A stretch of 34,783 bases of DNA from Mesotaenium endlicherianum (lineage: Eukaryota): positions 160,838-195,620 of the forward strand of contig WELA01003463.1 of the NCBI GenBank assembly GCA_009602735.1, written 5' to 3'. Positions 8,806 to 21,811 of the stretch are shown in pieces. The notes beneath the pieces are model-generated. The model was not told where the DNA came from and made no database searches. It saw nothing but the letters and a program-made list of their open reading frames with translations. A program made the position numbers and the translations under genes. Position 1 is the first letter of the stretch, and each line of letters opens with the position of its first letter.

Positions 8806-9994
8806 GTGCGCTCGCATCAGGTCCTTGTTTGGAGCTGATAATTTCCAGATGTGTAAAGCAAATATGACTTTGACCTTTTGTATTCTGATGTTTTGATGAT
8901 TAAATATGAAATCGAGCGGCAAAATAAGCGGATACGCGTCCGCAGGCGCGCGCGCTTGCATGTGGTGCTGTTGCTGGTGCAGTAGGGGGCGTGGGAGGTG
9001 CTGCTGCTGGCGCTGCAGCTGCGGCGGTGGAGATGATGCGATGTGATGGTGGCGGACAAGGTGCACGCCAACGCCCTTTCTACACTCCTCCAAGCCGTGC
9101 ACCCTCCTCCTCGGAGGAAGTTTGCTCAGCGAGCTTTGGTACTGTGCTCATCCATGCCCTCTCTGCTATCCTCGGGGCTTTCCCTCCTTTGAGGAAGACG
9201 CCACCCCCCCGCCCTAGGGACGGGCAAGGCTGGCATTAGCAGCAGGTGTGAGGACAATTCGATGACGCATGGGGGGGGCAAAGCAAGGGCACGGCCAAAA
9301 CGGGCGAGGGGCAGTGTGGTGTGGGACAATGCAGATAGGTGGGATGGGGAGGATTTGACGAGAGGCGTGGGGGGAGTGGACGTGACGAGGCTGGCGCTGC
9401 TGAAGTCGAGGGTGGTGGTAGTGTCATCCACTCTAGCTGCGGAGAGGCTCTGTCAATGTTTTGGAGGGACGATGGGAGGTAGCACTTGGTGGAGGTATCT
9501 TACACGCGCGCGCCCGCAGGCAAACACTTGGACGTTGCCATTGTCATTGCCCCAACACCTGGCACCTGCCAGCCTGGCATGCTAATATGGCACTCCACTA
9601 CTTGCACCCGCCAATCTGGCCCGCCAGCTTGGCTGGTGCCAGCTGGGCACACCTGCTCATCTGTTTCATCCGCCTTGTGTGATGTGCATTGGTTGCGTGG
9701 ATATACGCGCTTGCACCACTTTTTGCCGAAACCCAGTTGGATTGTATGCAATTTGGGCATGCTCCTATTTCCATGCAGACATGTGGACACCTGGAAGGTC
9801 ATAACATCGCGGAGACATTTGTCATAATCCCGGGCATCTGCTACGTGGTCAACCTGGGGATGGTGAGTAGGCAGGCGGTTAACGACATGAGTGGCGCGAA
9901 GTCTCTGGTCGTTGTGCCCATCTCCAAGGCGCAGGCTCGCCAGCGCAAGTACGCGCGTGCGCGCGTGCGTGATTGCCGCTCCTCTCACAGCTCA
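8806..9994 (+). pseudogene. Degenerate inverted copy of the DEAH-box helicase gene (exons plus flanking intron sequence)
   Basis: About 9369-9676 matches helicase exon 34551-34783 and its following intron (LKSRVVVVSSTLAAERLCQCF vs [28 protein letters not shown] vs VEVYYTRAP). 9785-9994 matches exon 32772-32932 and both flanks ([24 protein letters not shown]). Upstream VRSHQVLV resembles the DEAH N-terminal motif region (weaker match). Confidence 0.85.
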
Positions 9995-12173
9995 AACTGT
10001 TGCTGCCTTACATGCTGAGCTTTATAGCCGTGCTGGGATGTGTAGAGCACATGTGCGTGCTGGTAAGAAGATAGACACCTGCTGGCGAGTTCTTGAAGAT
10101 GATTGTGCATGTACACACATGCATGCATTAGGTCGTGTCTTCCTCTCACTTGAAGACCTGCAAGACCTCTTCCTCCCTGTGCTCGCCACATCTGCATCGC
10201 TCTCTTCAGCCTCCGACTGATCACTGGCTGTCTTATGAGTCCAGCTAGCAGCAGCAACACCAGCAGCATCAGGATGCTAATCTGCATGCCCTCCTCCTCC
10301 TCGTTCCCCTCGCTCCCACTCTCAAGCACCGGCAGCAGGGCCGCAAGCCGGACCCTTTTTGTGTGCGTCACATCTGCTTGAGGGGGCTTTTACCTCGGGG
10401 CGAGCCTGTGCTCCTACTAGTTCCCATCGGGCCTCATCTTTCGGGTAAGCTTAGGATGGCTGTGGCGCTCACTCAAGAGCCATCAGCGGTGGATGTGGAT
10501 TCGAGAGCTATTTTGGGAGTTGCAGGGATGGGGCCAAGAGTGGTCCATGTTAGACCCCACTGCCCCCCTGCTGCTCTGTCCCCCTGCCCCTTTGTTCTCT
10601 ACCCCCCTTGACCCCCTTCTTTACCCTGCCACCACACGCAGCACAGAATTGGCCGGACACACGCATGTCACCATACGCGTGCACGCGTCCTACTCCCATC
10701 CGTATGTTGTGTAAGTATGAGAATGGCAATTGAGAGAGGGAGTGTGGCAGTCACAACATCGACTTTGACCTCAGACGACGAAGCATAGAGTAGGAAAGGC
10801 AGGCAGGGAGGCAGTGGGTGGGCCAGGTGTGAGAGGGACAAAACTGTGCCAGCGAGCATTCGATGCTGTTACACCATCGCAGGCTGCTGGATCCTCATAG
10901 AGCAGCGACGACCATTTCCCCGTACTCCTAGCAAGGCCGCCTGGCCCGCTTTCAATGCTCAACCTTGGTGCTTTTGCACCCTTGCAGCCACCAGCAGTAG
11001 GCCAAGAGATTGCCCCATAGTGATAGACCTTTTAATACTCAAGGATGCACAATACTGGTGCAAGTTTTGTCTTGAAGCGATGGAGCAAGATTTCAGTGTG
11101 GTATCTGCTGGATTTTTTTCCCTGGAGCTAAGGCTTTGTGGATGTTGCTGTGTGTGAGATGCTTTGACATTGCCAAATTCGTTCATATCATTGGGCATGC
11201 ATCATGATTGTCTTTATTCTTCGAGAGTGCGACACCAGTATGAGGTGATGCTTTGTGGGGAAGAGCCTCTTATCATTGCTCGGAGTGAAGGCCAACAAAG
11301 ATTTGAACTTTGATGGTTACTTGTAAGGTAAGATATCTTGTTGTTAGGACTGCCGCGATGGCGTCTCTCTGATACGCGTGCACCATGCTTGCATGTGACA
11401 TGGATAGGTAATATAATCAAAGGGAAAGTAAGCCATCCTAATTTATTGCCATTGACTCCTCAAGGTATAAGAAGAAAGTTAAGGGCAACACAACATCGTA
11501 CATTTTGAATGGTAAGACTTGAGTGGGCGAAAGAATCTGCACGGGAAGCGTACCGGGGTTGATAGGACCAAATGTTGACGGGTGAAGAATAGCCAGACGC
11601 ACGCACAGGAAGAGTTTAAGCAACACAACATATTTGTTCTCATTAGATTGTATGATAAGTGATCTTGCAAAATGAAGCTACTTTCATGTGCCTGTCAGCC
11701 ACTCAGGACTCAGTACTAGTTGAGAACTTCAGCAAATCACAGCAAGCCAAATGGGTCCTCGAAACTGCTCGAAACAACCATCCCATATAACCACTTGTCC
11801 TCTGCTCCGTCAACGACCTGATGTCCTCCAATCAGACGCGATGATTCCGTCAGACCATTTCACACCGCTCTCCCGAGGCCTGAAGACTTTCACCTGCAAT
11901 TATCTTTCAATTACGACCATCCGATATCGTGATCGAGATCGCAAAGTAACGACCTGACGATCTGCGTCGGTTGCGGGAGAGAGGTTGTCTCCGTTCGCCA
12001 CCTGTTTTCCAATTTTGTCCTCCGCGATGAGCACTGCAATTATTGCAAACTGCAGTATGCAGATCGAGCATCACAAAGAGCTTCTTATTGTAGACGCGCC
12101 TGAAACTGTGGAAGGCGATCTCTGCACTTAACATCGGTTGCTTTTTTAGAGAACAATCTCTATAAGTTGCAAG

Positions 12174-14446
12174 ATGTTTGCCCTTTCACAGAGTGTCCAA
12201 GCTGCCAAGTTCTTAAATTGTGTTTCTTTGACAGAGAGTTTGAGTTGTCATAAGAAGGAGCCGGCTAGTCTAGTCTCATTGCAGAGAGTCCATAGCCCTC
12301 TGTGTTCTGCAAATATCTCACAAGCATCGCACAAGAAGGTCCAAATCATTACGCACAGCAGCTGCAGAACTCAGTCAGTCAAAGTGCAAGCCTCCTCATC
12401 TGTGGCAGCTTCTGTTCCTGAGACAATGCAGGCTGGGGATGCACTAAATGATGACTATGAGTCAGAGTATCCTGAAATGCCTTTGCGAAGAGCCGGGATT
12501 CTTATGCATCCAACTTCGCTTCCAGGCGCGTATGGAATAGGAGAACTTGGAGAAGAAGCTTACAAGTTCATTGACTGGTTAAAGGATGTGGGCTGTACAG
12601 TATGGCAGGTGACTTCACAACCCGTCCTCCAATTTACTCACGAATATTCTCATTTTTTGAGGTTCATGCTTGTACTTTGTGACTTGCCGCGTGGTGACTT
12701 CTGAGAGGTTCCGTTTACCTGAGAATATAAGTTTGTTTGAGGACAACTGCTCATTATCCTACCGGAATCATTATTATACCTCTTTCCTCCTATGTTGCAC
12801 TACAGGTTCTTCCTTTAGTGCCACCTGGGAGGAAGTCGGGAGAAGACGGGTCGCCCTACTCTGGCCAGGTATTGGTATCCTTCTCAAGTACGAAATGCTC
12901 GCTGATTGCTTCTGCACCTCCTTCCTCCATCCTTCCTCCTGTGACTGTTACTTCCCACAAGTTGATGCTCCTTGTTCTTAGCTCGGACCTCCTGAAAATG
13001 AAGTAGTGGCTGGGAGAGGTTTATGCAGCTGGGACCCAAAAAGCCAGCTGCAGGTACTCTAACTTCATATTAGAGAAGGAGGTGAATTCTGATGAGCAGT
13101 GTAATTCTTGCCATGCAGGACGCGAACTGCGGAAACACACTCATTATCTCCCTTGATGAGCTCGTCAAAGAGGGGCTTCTGGATAAGTCAGATCTGCCAG
13201 AACCAGTGTACGTGCTTCATTCTCATAGCAGACCCTTTGATTTCTCCAATCATGTTTTGAGGTCTTTACTCCCCTGCAGTTGAAGCTCTCCAGAGGTCTG
13301 CTGCAGCAGCCCTGGTGCTGGGCAAATTCTCTCTTAATCTGCAGTGCAGTAGCTGATCTGCACTTTATGATTTTATATGCAGTACAGTGTTTGATTTGAA
13401 ATGCAGTAGTTGAGTTGCAACCAACATCTATTCTGCAGTGTAGTAAGATGCAGTCAGAACCTGATCTGCTATCAGAACCTGATTTGCAAAATAGCTTGCT
13501 CACCTTAGAACCTTAGTACTGCAGAGTTGGCATGCACCAGCTGACAAGATCTGCGCACATGGGGTACCTTTGCGGGGCTTTTTACAATAAAAATAAAAAT
13601 AAGACAAAGCAAGGCCCAAAAAAAAAAACAACAAAAACTAGGATATGCATTGGAAACGGCTTTGGGCCTTCGTCATTCTGTAGTGTAACACTCCTGCGTG
13701 AATGTGAACATTGTTACAAGAGTAGTAGTACTGGCAATCAAATAACATATGTAGACTCTATTGACGACAAGCCAGTAAACTGGACTGCTGTGGTGCATCC
13801 TTGTGGCAAGCAGGCCTCTGGGCCGAGTGGATTATGACGCAGTGGCAGCTCTCAAAGACCCCCTCATCAACAAGGTGAGCTGCCTATCCACTGCTAATGC
13901 CGAACCGTGGTCGAGATAGGGGTTGGGGCCTAAGCCCAGTTCTCTTTGTTGCTGAAAGTAGGAGCTGATCTCTCCCAATTCTCCTGGAGAGTCAAGTTGG
14001 CACACAGTCTTTGGCAACCTGCAAGGGGAAAGGGGGAATGGAGGAGGAGAAGGGGGAGGCGGAGGGGCGGGGGGCAAGGGGGCGGGAGCAGTTTGGTTCA
14101 TGAGCTGCGCGCTAGAGGTTGATGCTAAACCTTTAACCTGCAAGCTCTTTTTCTGGCCCCTTTGGGACATGAGGGGTGTTAGCGACACGCGCGCTCACAA
14201 GCATGCACACCCACCTACGCACAAAGAAAACATGAGTGAAAGAGAAGAAACGAGAGGGGATGGTGTATGCTAGCTATGAGCAACTTTTGAGACTGCTCTA
14301 AGGCTGTAGGAAAGGGCATAAGCTTCAGCATACAGTACTACAATGCTCCCTCTGTATACCTGCCCCAATTCCGTGCCAATGTACTCGCATCTCACTGGTT
14401 TGCTGCTGAGTACGAGTGCTGAGACTGCAGCTGACCTAAGCCTCCG

Positions 14447-14480
<34 letters not shown>

Positions 14481-17400
14481 TGCTGCGGTTGCCTGGGTTT
14501 GTTGACTACACTCAACAGGCTGCCAAGAACCTCGTAAAGAGCCAGGGGCCTCTGAGGAAAGAGCTGGACGAGTACAGAAAGGACCCCAGTATCTCATGTA
14601 GGCCTCCCGTCTCTTCCCTCCCCCGCCCACATCCCCCTCTCCGTTACCCCTCGCCCTCCCCCTCTTCCCTTTACCCGCACACCTTCCTTCTCCCCTCTTC
14701 TCCTCCCCCTTCGCTTCTTCCTCCTGCATCCTTCCTTTATTTGGAGCTGTATTGTATCTGCTTTGAGCACTCACTCAAGTTGCGTCCTTTTGCGCCTCCT
14801 TTTGCGCCTCATGTGCGTGACTCCCAGCCGGTGGTGCTCATGACTGGCACGCCACGCCATTCTGCGCCTGTGCCACACCATGCTCGACATGCCACGCTGA
14901 TACCAAGCGTGCCGCTCGTGCCATTGTGCTTCTGTCACGTCGTGCACGATCTACGCTTTCGTCTATCCCCCGGGCAGCTGCTGCTGCTGAGATCACGAGC
15001 CACTGCTGCTGCTGACAAGCTGCTGTGGCTGCTGTTGGAGCTGCTGCCAAGTGCACAAATCCTATAGGAGGAGGAGGAGAGGAGTGGGGGGGCTGACACG
15101 ACCTGTGTGAGTGGGTGCAGCGTGGCTGGAGGAGGCTGCCCTGTTTGCCGCCATCGACAGCAGCCTCGACAAGGAGTTTTGGTGGCTGTGGCCGGAGGAT
15201 GTCCGCGACCGCCAGCCAGAGGCGCTGGAGAAGGCCCGCCGCGATCACAAAGACTTTGTGAGCCCTCTTCCTTGCTCATCACCTTCACGGTCACCCACTT
15301 TCACCAAGAAGCCGAAACTTTGTTCCTTTCAGCTTCTACTCTCTCCGCTGGGAAGTCTTTGTTCTCTTGGTCCCCATTCTCACCATTGCAGAAGCTTTAA
15401 TTATTTGTCCTCATTCTTTCTATCTCAGACTCTTCGTTTCTCTGGGTCTCCAAAGACTTTGTTTCCTTAGGTCCACATTCACAACATTGCATTGATTTTA
15501 TTCCTTTGGGTCCCCATCCACACCGTCGCATAGACCTTGCATTCCTTTCGGACTTTATTGTAGAGTTTTTGTTTCTCTGGTCCCCATTCGCTCCATCGCC
15601 AAAGACTTCCTGTCTTCGAGTGGACATTCTTACCATTCCAAAGACTTAGTTTTTGTGGGTCCCATTGCTCTTTGGAGAAGACTGTACTTTACTGGGTCCC
15701 CAATTTCCCTCCCTTCAGTGCCAAGCCGGGACCCCTGCCTACATGTTGCTGCCTCCTCCTGATGGGTGAACTCCCGAAAAGTCCTGGTGTCATACCCAGA
15801 TGCCATTTTGCTCCTCTGCCGTTTCTCTTCCGTTTCCGCATCTGCGGGCCTCTATCCCCGCCCTGGCCTCATGTTATAGGCTGGTCGGTCGGCCTCTTCT
15901 ACATTCACGTTTTATCCCGGCTCCGGACGGTCGTAGAAGTCGGTGATGACGCGAGCGTCGACCTCCTCTTCCTCTTGCCTTGCCTGCACTGCCTTCCCTG
16001 CGCTAGAGCTGCATGATGGACTCCGTCAATCTTTGAATAAAACCCGGCGGCAACTATCACTGCTGCTGCTGCTGTTAAAATATATACGCTACGCAGAACA
16101 GGATGGGACGGGCTGAATTCTGCCAGGTTGAGAGTAGATGGGATGGGATGAGGTAACCTGGCATTCCATGGCATGGGATGGCATGTTGGAGGGAGGGGCT
16201 GTAAGTAATACAAGGTGACTTCTTGCTAAAAGTGCTCGTTTCTTACCTGGAAAAGCAAAGGAGGGGATCAAAGTCGCAGAGAGATTGGCTCAGAGGGGAT
16301 CAGTCCTGATAGTGATCAGCCGCTGCTAGAGATGCGCATCTTGTGGGTGCCATGTGGCAGTTATCTGTTCAGCCATTTGGAGCGTGCGTGGACTTCCCTC
16401 AATTTGTGTATGGGTGGCGCACACTTTGCCTGGCTTTTGCTTCTCAGATTGGCTACACCTCCTCTAACGACATGCGTATCTCCACACGCCTCTTGTATAT
16501 GTATGCGTGTGGTGCCTGTGTGTTTGTGTCTGTGTGTGTGTCTGTATGTGTGTCTGTGTGCACGTGCCTGTGTGTGTCTGCGAGTGTGCAGATCGACACC
16601 TTTGTGGCGGCGCAGTTCCTTTTCCAGAAGCAGTGGGCAGCGCTGCACAAGTACGCCAACGAGGCGGGCATCCGCGTGATCGGCGACATGCCCATCTACG
16701 TGGGCGGCCACAGCGCCGACGTGTGGGCCAACCGCTCCCAGTTCACCCTAGTGAGTGGGCTCTTCATTACTGTCACCATGATCATCATCATTACCATCGC
16801 TGCCTGGCTCATCGAAAGGACTGGAGGGCGGGTCAAGGAGTTGGAGAAAACGGCAAAACTTCACTCTCTTTGACTGGCTGGGTGGCTGCCTGCCTGCCTG
16901 GCTGGCTTGCTTGCTGGAGGGAATAGAGGCAATAGAAGACTTCCACTCAACGACAGACTACACTGCATCCCTCCTGCGCACTACACAAGGAAGCCCCTGC
17001 TTCCCTACTGGATGCCTGGAAGCCATGTGGCTGCGCCAGCTGACAGGTTTGAGAGGGTATGGGGAATATGGGAGGGGTTGCGCAATGGGGGCGGGGTTGC
17101 AGAGCGAGAGTGGAGCGCCGGCTCAAGTGAGCGGAGTGCCACCCGACTACTTCTCCAAGACCGGGCAGCTGTGGGGCAGGTGCACCCTCTGCCCTAACCC
17201 TAAACCCTGACAAACCCCCCCCCTCTCCCCTCCCCCTTCCCAATCACCCCCCCCCGCNNNNNNNNNNNNNNNNNNNNNNNNNNNNNNNNNNNNNNNNNNN
17301 NNNNNNNNNNNNNNNNNNNNNNNNNNNNNNNNNNNNNNNNNNNNNNNNNNNNNNNNNNNNNNNNNNNNNNNNNNNNNNNNNNNNNNNNNNNNNNNNNNNN

Positions 17401-18028
17401 NNNNNNNNNNNNNNNNNNNNNNNNNNNNNNNNNNNNNNNNNNNNNNNNNNNNNNNNNNNNNNNNNNNNNNNNNNNNNNNNNNNNNNNNNNNNNNNNNNNN
17501 NNNNNNNNNNNNNNNNNNNNNNNNNNNNNNNNNNNNNNNNNNNNNNNNNNNNNNNNNNNNNNNNNNNNNNNNNNNNNNNNNNNNNNNNNNNNNNNNNNNN
17601 NNNNNNNNNNNNNNNNNNNNNNNNNNNNNNNNNNNNNNNNNNNNNNNNNNNNNNNNNNNNNNNNNNNNNNNNNNNNNNNNNNNNNNNNNNNNNNNNNNNN
17701 NNNNNNNNNNNNNNNNNNNNNNNNNNNNNNNNNNNNNNNNNNNNNNNNNNNNNNNNNNNNNNNNNNNNNNNNNNNNNNNNNNNNNNNNNNNNNNNNNNNN
17801 NNNNNNNNNNNGGGGGGGTGTGGGGGGCATGTGAGCGCAGCCCGCTGTACAACTGGACAGAAATGGCCAAGGACGGGTACAAGTGGTGGGCCAACCGCAT
17901 GCGGCGCGCGTTTGACCTGTACGACGAGTTCCGCATCGACCACTTCCGCGGCTTTGCCGGCTTCTGGGCCGTCCCCGCCTGTGCGTCCCCGCTTGCCCGC
18001 CCGCTCAACTCCCCTTCCATTCCCCCCA

Positions 18029-18060
<32 letters not shown>

Positions 18061-21000
18061 AACGTGGTTGTTGCTGCCTTCCATTGCGGCTGGTGCTGCT
18101 GCTGCTGCTGCTGCAGTGTGCTTGGTGCTGCTGCTGCTGCTGCTGGGATTGGAATGGGGTTGATGCTGCAGCAGCTGCTGCTGCTGTTGTTGCTGTTGGT
18201 GCTGGTGCACCTCTGGGAATGTCTGTATCTTCATGCACCAAATGTGTTGTGTTATATTCAATATCAGACAGAAATAAGTAATTATATGTTGACATATGAA
18301 ACGTGACTGAGAATGATGGTGATTGTAAACATTCTAGGTCTGAACATGTGTAAATAACATTGTGATGTTAGTGTCTCCATGGATGTAAATGCATGCCATG
18401 TAGTAGCAAAAAATTGTGAAGACCTGGGATGTGCTAAAAAGCGTGCTTGCTCTGATTAACTGACTGATTGACTGACTGCCTGTTTGTGTGTACCGCTTGC
18501 ACATGCATGCAGCAGCTGAGATCAGAGTTTTGCTATTTTGCGTGCTTGCTCGTTGAGTGGACTGAGTGCCTGACTGCTTGTACTGCTCATGTTCCTGTCA
18601 CGTGCATGCGCCGCGACCAGTGATTTGCCTTTTTCACGTGCTTGTGCACTCTGACAAACATACTGAATGACTGTGTACTGCTCATGTGCCTGTTACGCAT
18701 GCATGCAGCTGCAGAAACAGCCATCGATGGCTCATGGAAGGTACACACATACACCCGCGCCTCCTGTTCCATACTCTCTCACCCTTTTTCCACCTTCCAT
18801 GCAGGGGTCCATGGAGACGAGCTCAGTGCTTCTTCGTCCACTTCTTCTTGTTTTTCTCCTTCTTCTTTTCCTCTTCTTCGTTGCCTTCATCTTCTGTCCA
18901 TCTTCTTTCTTCTTTTTTGTCTCCTTCTCCTTCTTCTTCTTTCCTTCTCTTCTTCTTCGTTTCTTCTCCTTCAATCTCTTCATCTTCATGTTCTTCTCGA
19001 TGAATTGACGAGTGCATGCACAAACACTGAAGTTCATCATTCTTACACACGCAGCCAGCCATAATAGATCGACAATGACAACGACGATCACACCGATGAG
19101 GTGGAGGAGACGGAGTGCACCCGCATGGCATGGGCGGCTGATGAAGAGAGGGTTGTGCGTGCAACCGTGGCTGATGGGAGGCGTGTGGGCGCGTGCGCAC
19201 GTGCATAGGGGTGGCTGACGAGGTCTGACTTGCGCGCGTGCATGGATTCTGGTGGGTGCCTGCGTGAGGGTGAGAGCAGATAGGCCCCAGAGAGGGCTTC
19301 TTTGAGGCCATCAAGGAGGCCGTGGGCAAGGTGGACATTATCGCCGAAGACCTCGTAAGTCCCTCCTAACCCTTCAACCCCCTCGTCCCCCCCCCCNCTC
19401 CCCCTTGCCTCCCTCCCTCCCTCCCTCCATCCCTCTCTCCATCCCCCTCTCCCTCCCTCCCTTCCAACGTTATCCAGGCCAACCCTCCAGGCCACCCGAG
19501 TTTTGCGGGTGTATGGTGTTGGCCATCTTCTGTCCCTTGGTTGGGTGGTCTGGCAACCCACTTTGTGTCAGGCAGAAGGTGACGAGGCTGTGGTGACAAC
19601 CGTGAGACCTTGGCAATTCCATGGGTGACAATGCCCCTCAGTAAGTTCTCGAGGGGGCCAGCCAGCGTGGGCCGCTAGTGAGCCCCCTCGGGCCGCTGTC
19701 TGTGTCTAATATGTCCATCTCATGTCTCATACCTGGGAAAGCTGGGAAGGGTTGTGGGCACGTACACCCCTCTAAGGGCAAGAATAAGTAGTTAGTGAGC
19801 AAGCGCCAAGTTTTGCTGCTGCTGGGGTGCAGCAGCAAGGCACAGGCAGGGGCCATATGCAGGCAGGCAGGCTGGGCTGCACACGCCCTCTCTGAGCCAT
19901 AGGGGAGATAGGACCACCTCAGAATGACACCTGTCTGACACTCTCTCTCTCTCTCTCTCTTTTCTGTGTGTGTGTGTGTGTGTGTGTGTGAATGTGTGTG
20001 CACATGTGTATGTGTGTGTCCGTTCTCTTTGTGTTGGCGCATGTGAGGGCATGCAGGGCGTGATCACGGCGGACGTGGTGGCGCTGCGGAAGGCCATCAA
20101 TGCACCCGGCATGGCCGTCCTCCAGTTTGGTACGCCCAGCCCCACCCGCACTCAAATCCGGACCTGCACCCGCACCTGCACCCGCACCCATGCCTTTGCC
20201 CGGGAAGGGCTCTGCACACATAGGCACAGGCAGAAGAGGCGACTTACTAGGCTGCTGGTATTGCTGGCTGCTAGCGTAGTGGGACTAGCGGTCTGCCTGC
20301 ACTGATGGCATGCGTGACTAAGCTCGCTCGTGACCTTCCTCATATCATTACAGCACGTCTCATCACACCTTCAGGCTTTGCTGGTGCCATGGGCCGCTTG
20401 CGTAGCTGTCTGCATACTCTCGCGACAGAGTGACTCAGCTCGCATGAAGGTTTATTGTACCGATTAGAGAGCATCTCACCGCACCTCTGAGCTCCTTTGA
20501 CCGGGGCTCTGTGGTGCCACACTTTGTGGGCGTGTGTCCTTCCGTCCATCAGCTGGTCAGTCAGTTAGTCTGTCGGTTAGTTGGCTAGTGGGCCCATCAC
20601 TTAGTCAGTCAGTCTGTCAGTCTGTCAGTCAGTCGAAGCAGTCGAGAAAGTTGGGGAGAGGAGCAACGTGCCGATGACTGTCGCACCCCCTCCCTTCCCC
20701 CCATATCTCTCCGCCTCTCCTCTCCCTCCCCCTCTCCCTCTCCATCTCGCTGACCCCCTATCTCCCCCTTCTCCCTCACCCTCCCTCTCCTCTCTTATCT
20801 CTTGCTCCCCCGCTCCCTCCCCGGCTGCGCAGCCTTTGGAGGCGACTCTGGCAACCCGCATCTGCCGCACAACCATGAGCCCAACCAGGTGGTGTATCCC
20901 GGCACGCACGACAACGACACCGTACGTTCTTCGCCCCCGCCCCCGCCCCTACCCCCGCCCCTGCTCCTATGTCACTGTCCTGAATGCCCCTCACTTCCCA

Positions 21001-21778
21001 AAACTGTCAGTTGTTTTGGGACTTGCTCTGGCCTCTTTGCACGTGGGTTCCACATGTCGTCGTGCTCGCTTGACTTGTAGCAGAGCAGCTAGGTGAGTGC
21101 TCATCTTCTTCCAGCCACCTCACTCACCCAAAGGCCCACACACACACACACACTCCCTCTCTGCCTTGTAACTTACCTTCCTGGCCTTGCGGCGGCTCCT
21201 CGTGGCTGGTATATCCGCCAGCAGGTAGCACTCTCCATTGCGGCAGAGAGCAGCATTTAGTGCTGCAGTGGGGGACAAGTATATACCTGCTCCCGCTCAT
21301 ACTCGGTGAATAATCAATCTACCCCACAAATATCCCTGGAGTTGTGCAGGCATTGCAGACGAGGCACGAGATATTGATCTGCTATTTTTGGCTGGCACGT
21401 GTGTATCTGGGACATGTGTGAGCAGATTTTGGGATGGTGGGAGAAAGCCACGGAGAAGGACAAGGCTCGGGTGAGTGTCTTGAATGTGCTTGCGCTCGTA
21501 CTTCTCTTACTGCCATCGACCTGAAAAAAATATGCCGGCTGCTGCTCTTGCATGCGACTGCCGTGTCGGTGAGTAATGCCTCTTCACGGAATCTAGAAAC
21601 GCATGAGCATGACCAGCAATACAGTGACAATCAGTGGGATAGCAATTGTGCTATCATACATTTGTTTGGGAGCCCGGTCAATCCAATTTAACTATCAAGA
21701 CTCTTTCCTGAAACTTGGCTGTACTCATTTGCTGGGCGCTGCTGCCTTTGCATCAGAGTGCTGTTCTGGGGTCTGATC

Positions 21779-21811
<33 letters not shown>

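Noticed and set aside
13089..13172. Hammerhead-ribozyme-like CTGATGA-GCAGT...ACTGC-GGAAAC
   Set aside because: There is an extra G before GAAA, stem I does not form, and most of it is DPE1 exon 3 coding sequence; likely chance.
15345..15706. CRISPR-like repeat-spacer array
   Set aside because: The units are degenerate and irregularly spaced, lie in a eukaryotic intron, and have no cas genes nearby.
17147..19091. Poly-Gln/Ala/Cys/Lys ORFs and ORFs crossing the N gap
   Set aside because: They are translations of intronic microsatellites or Ns within DPE1.
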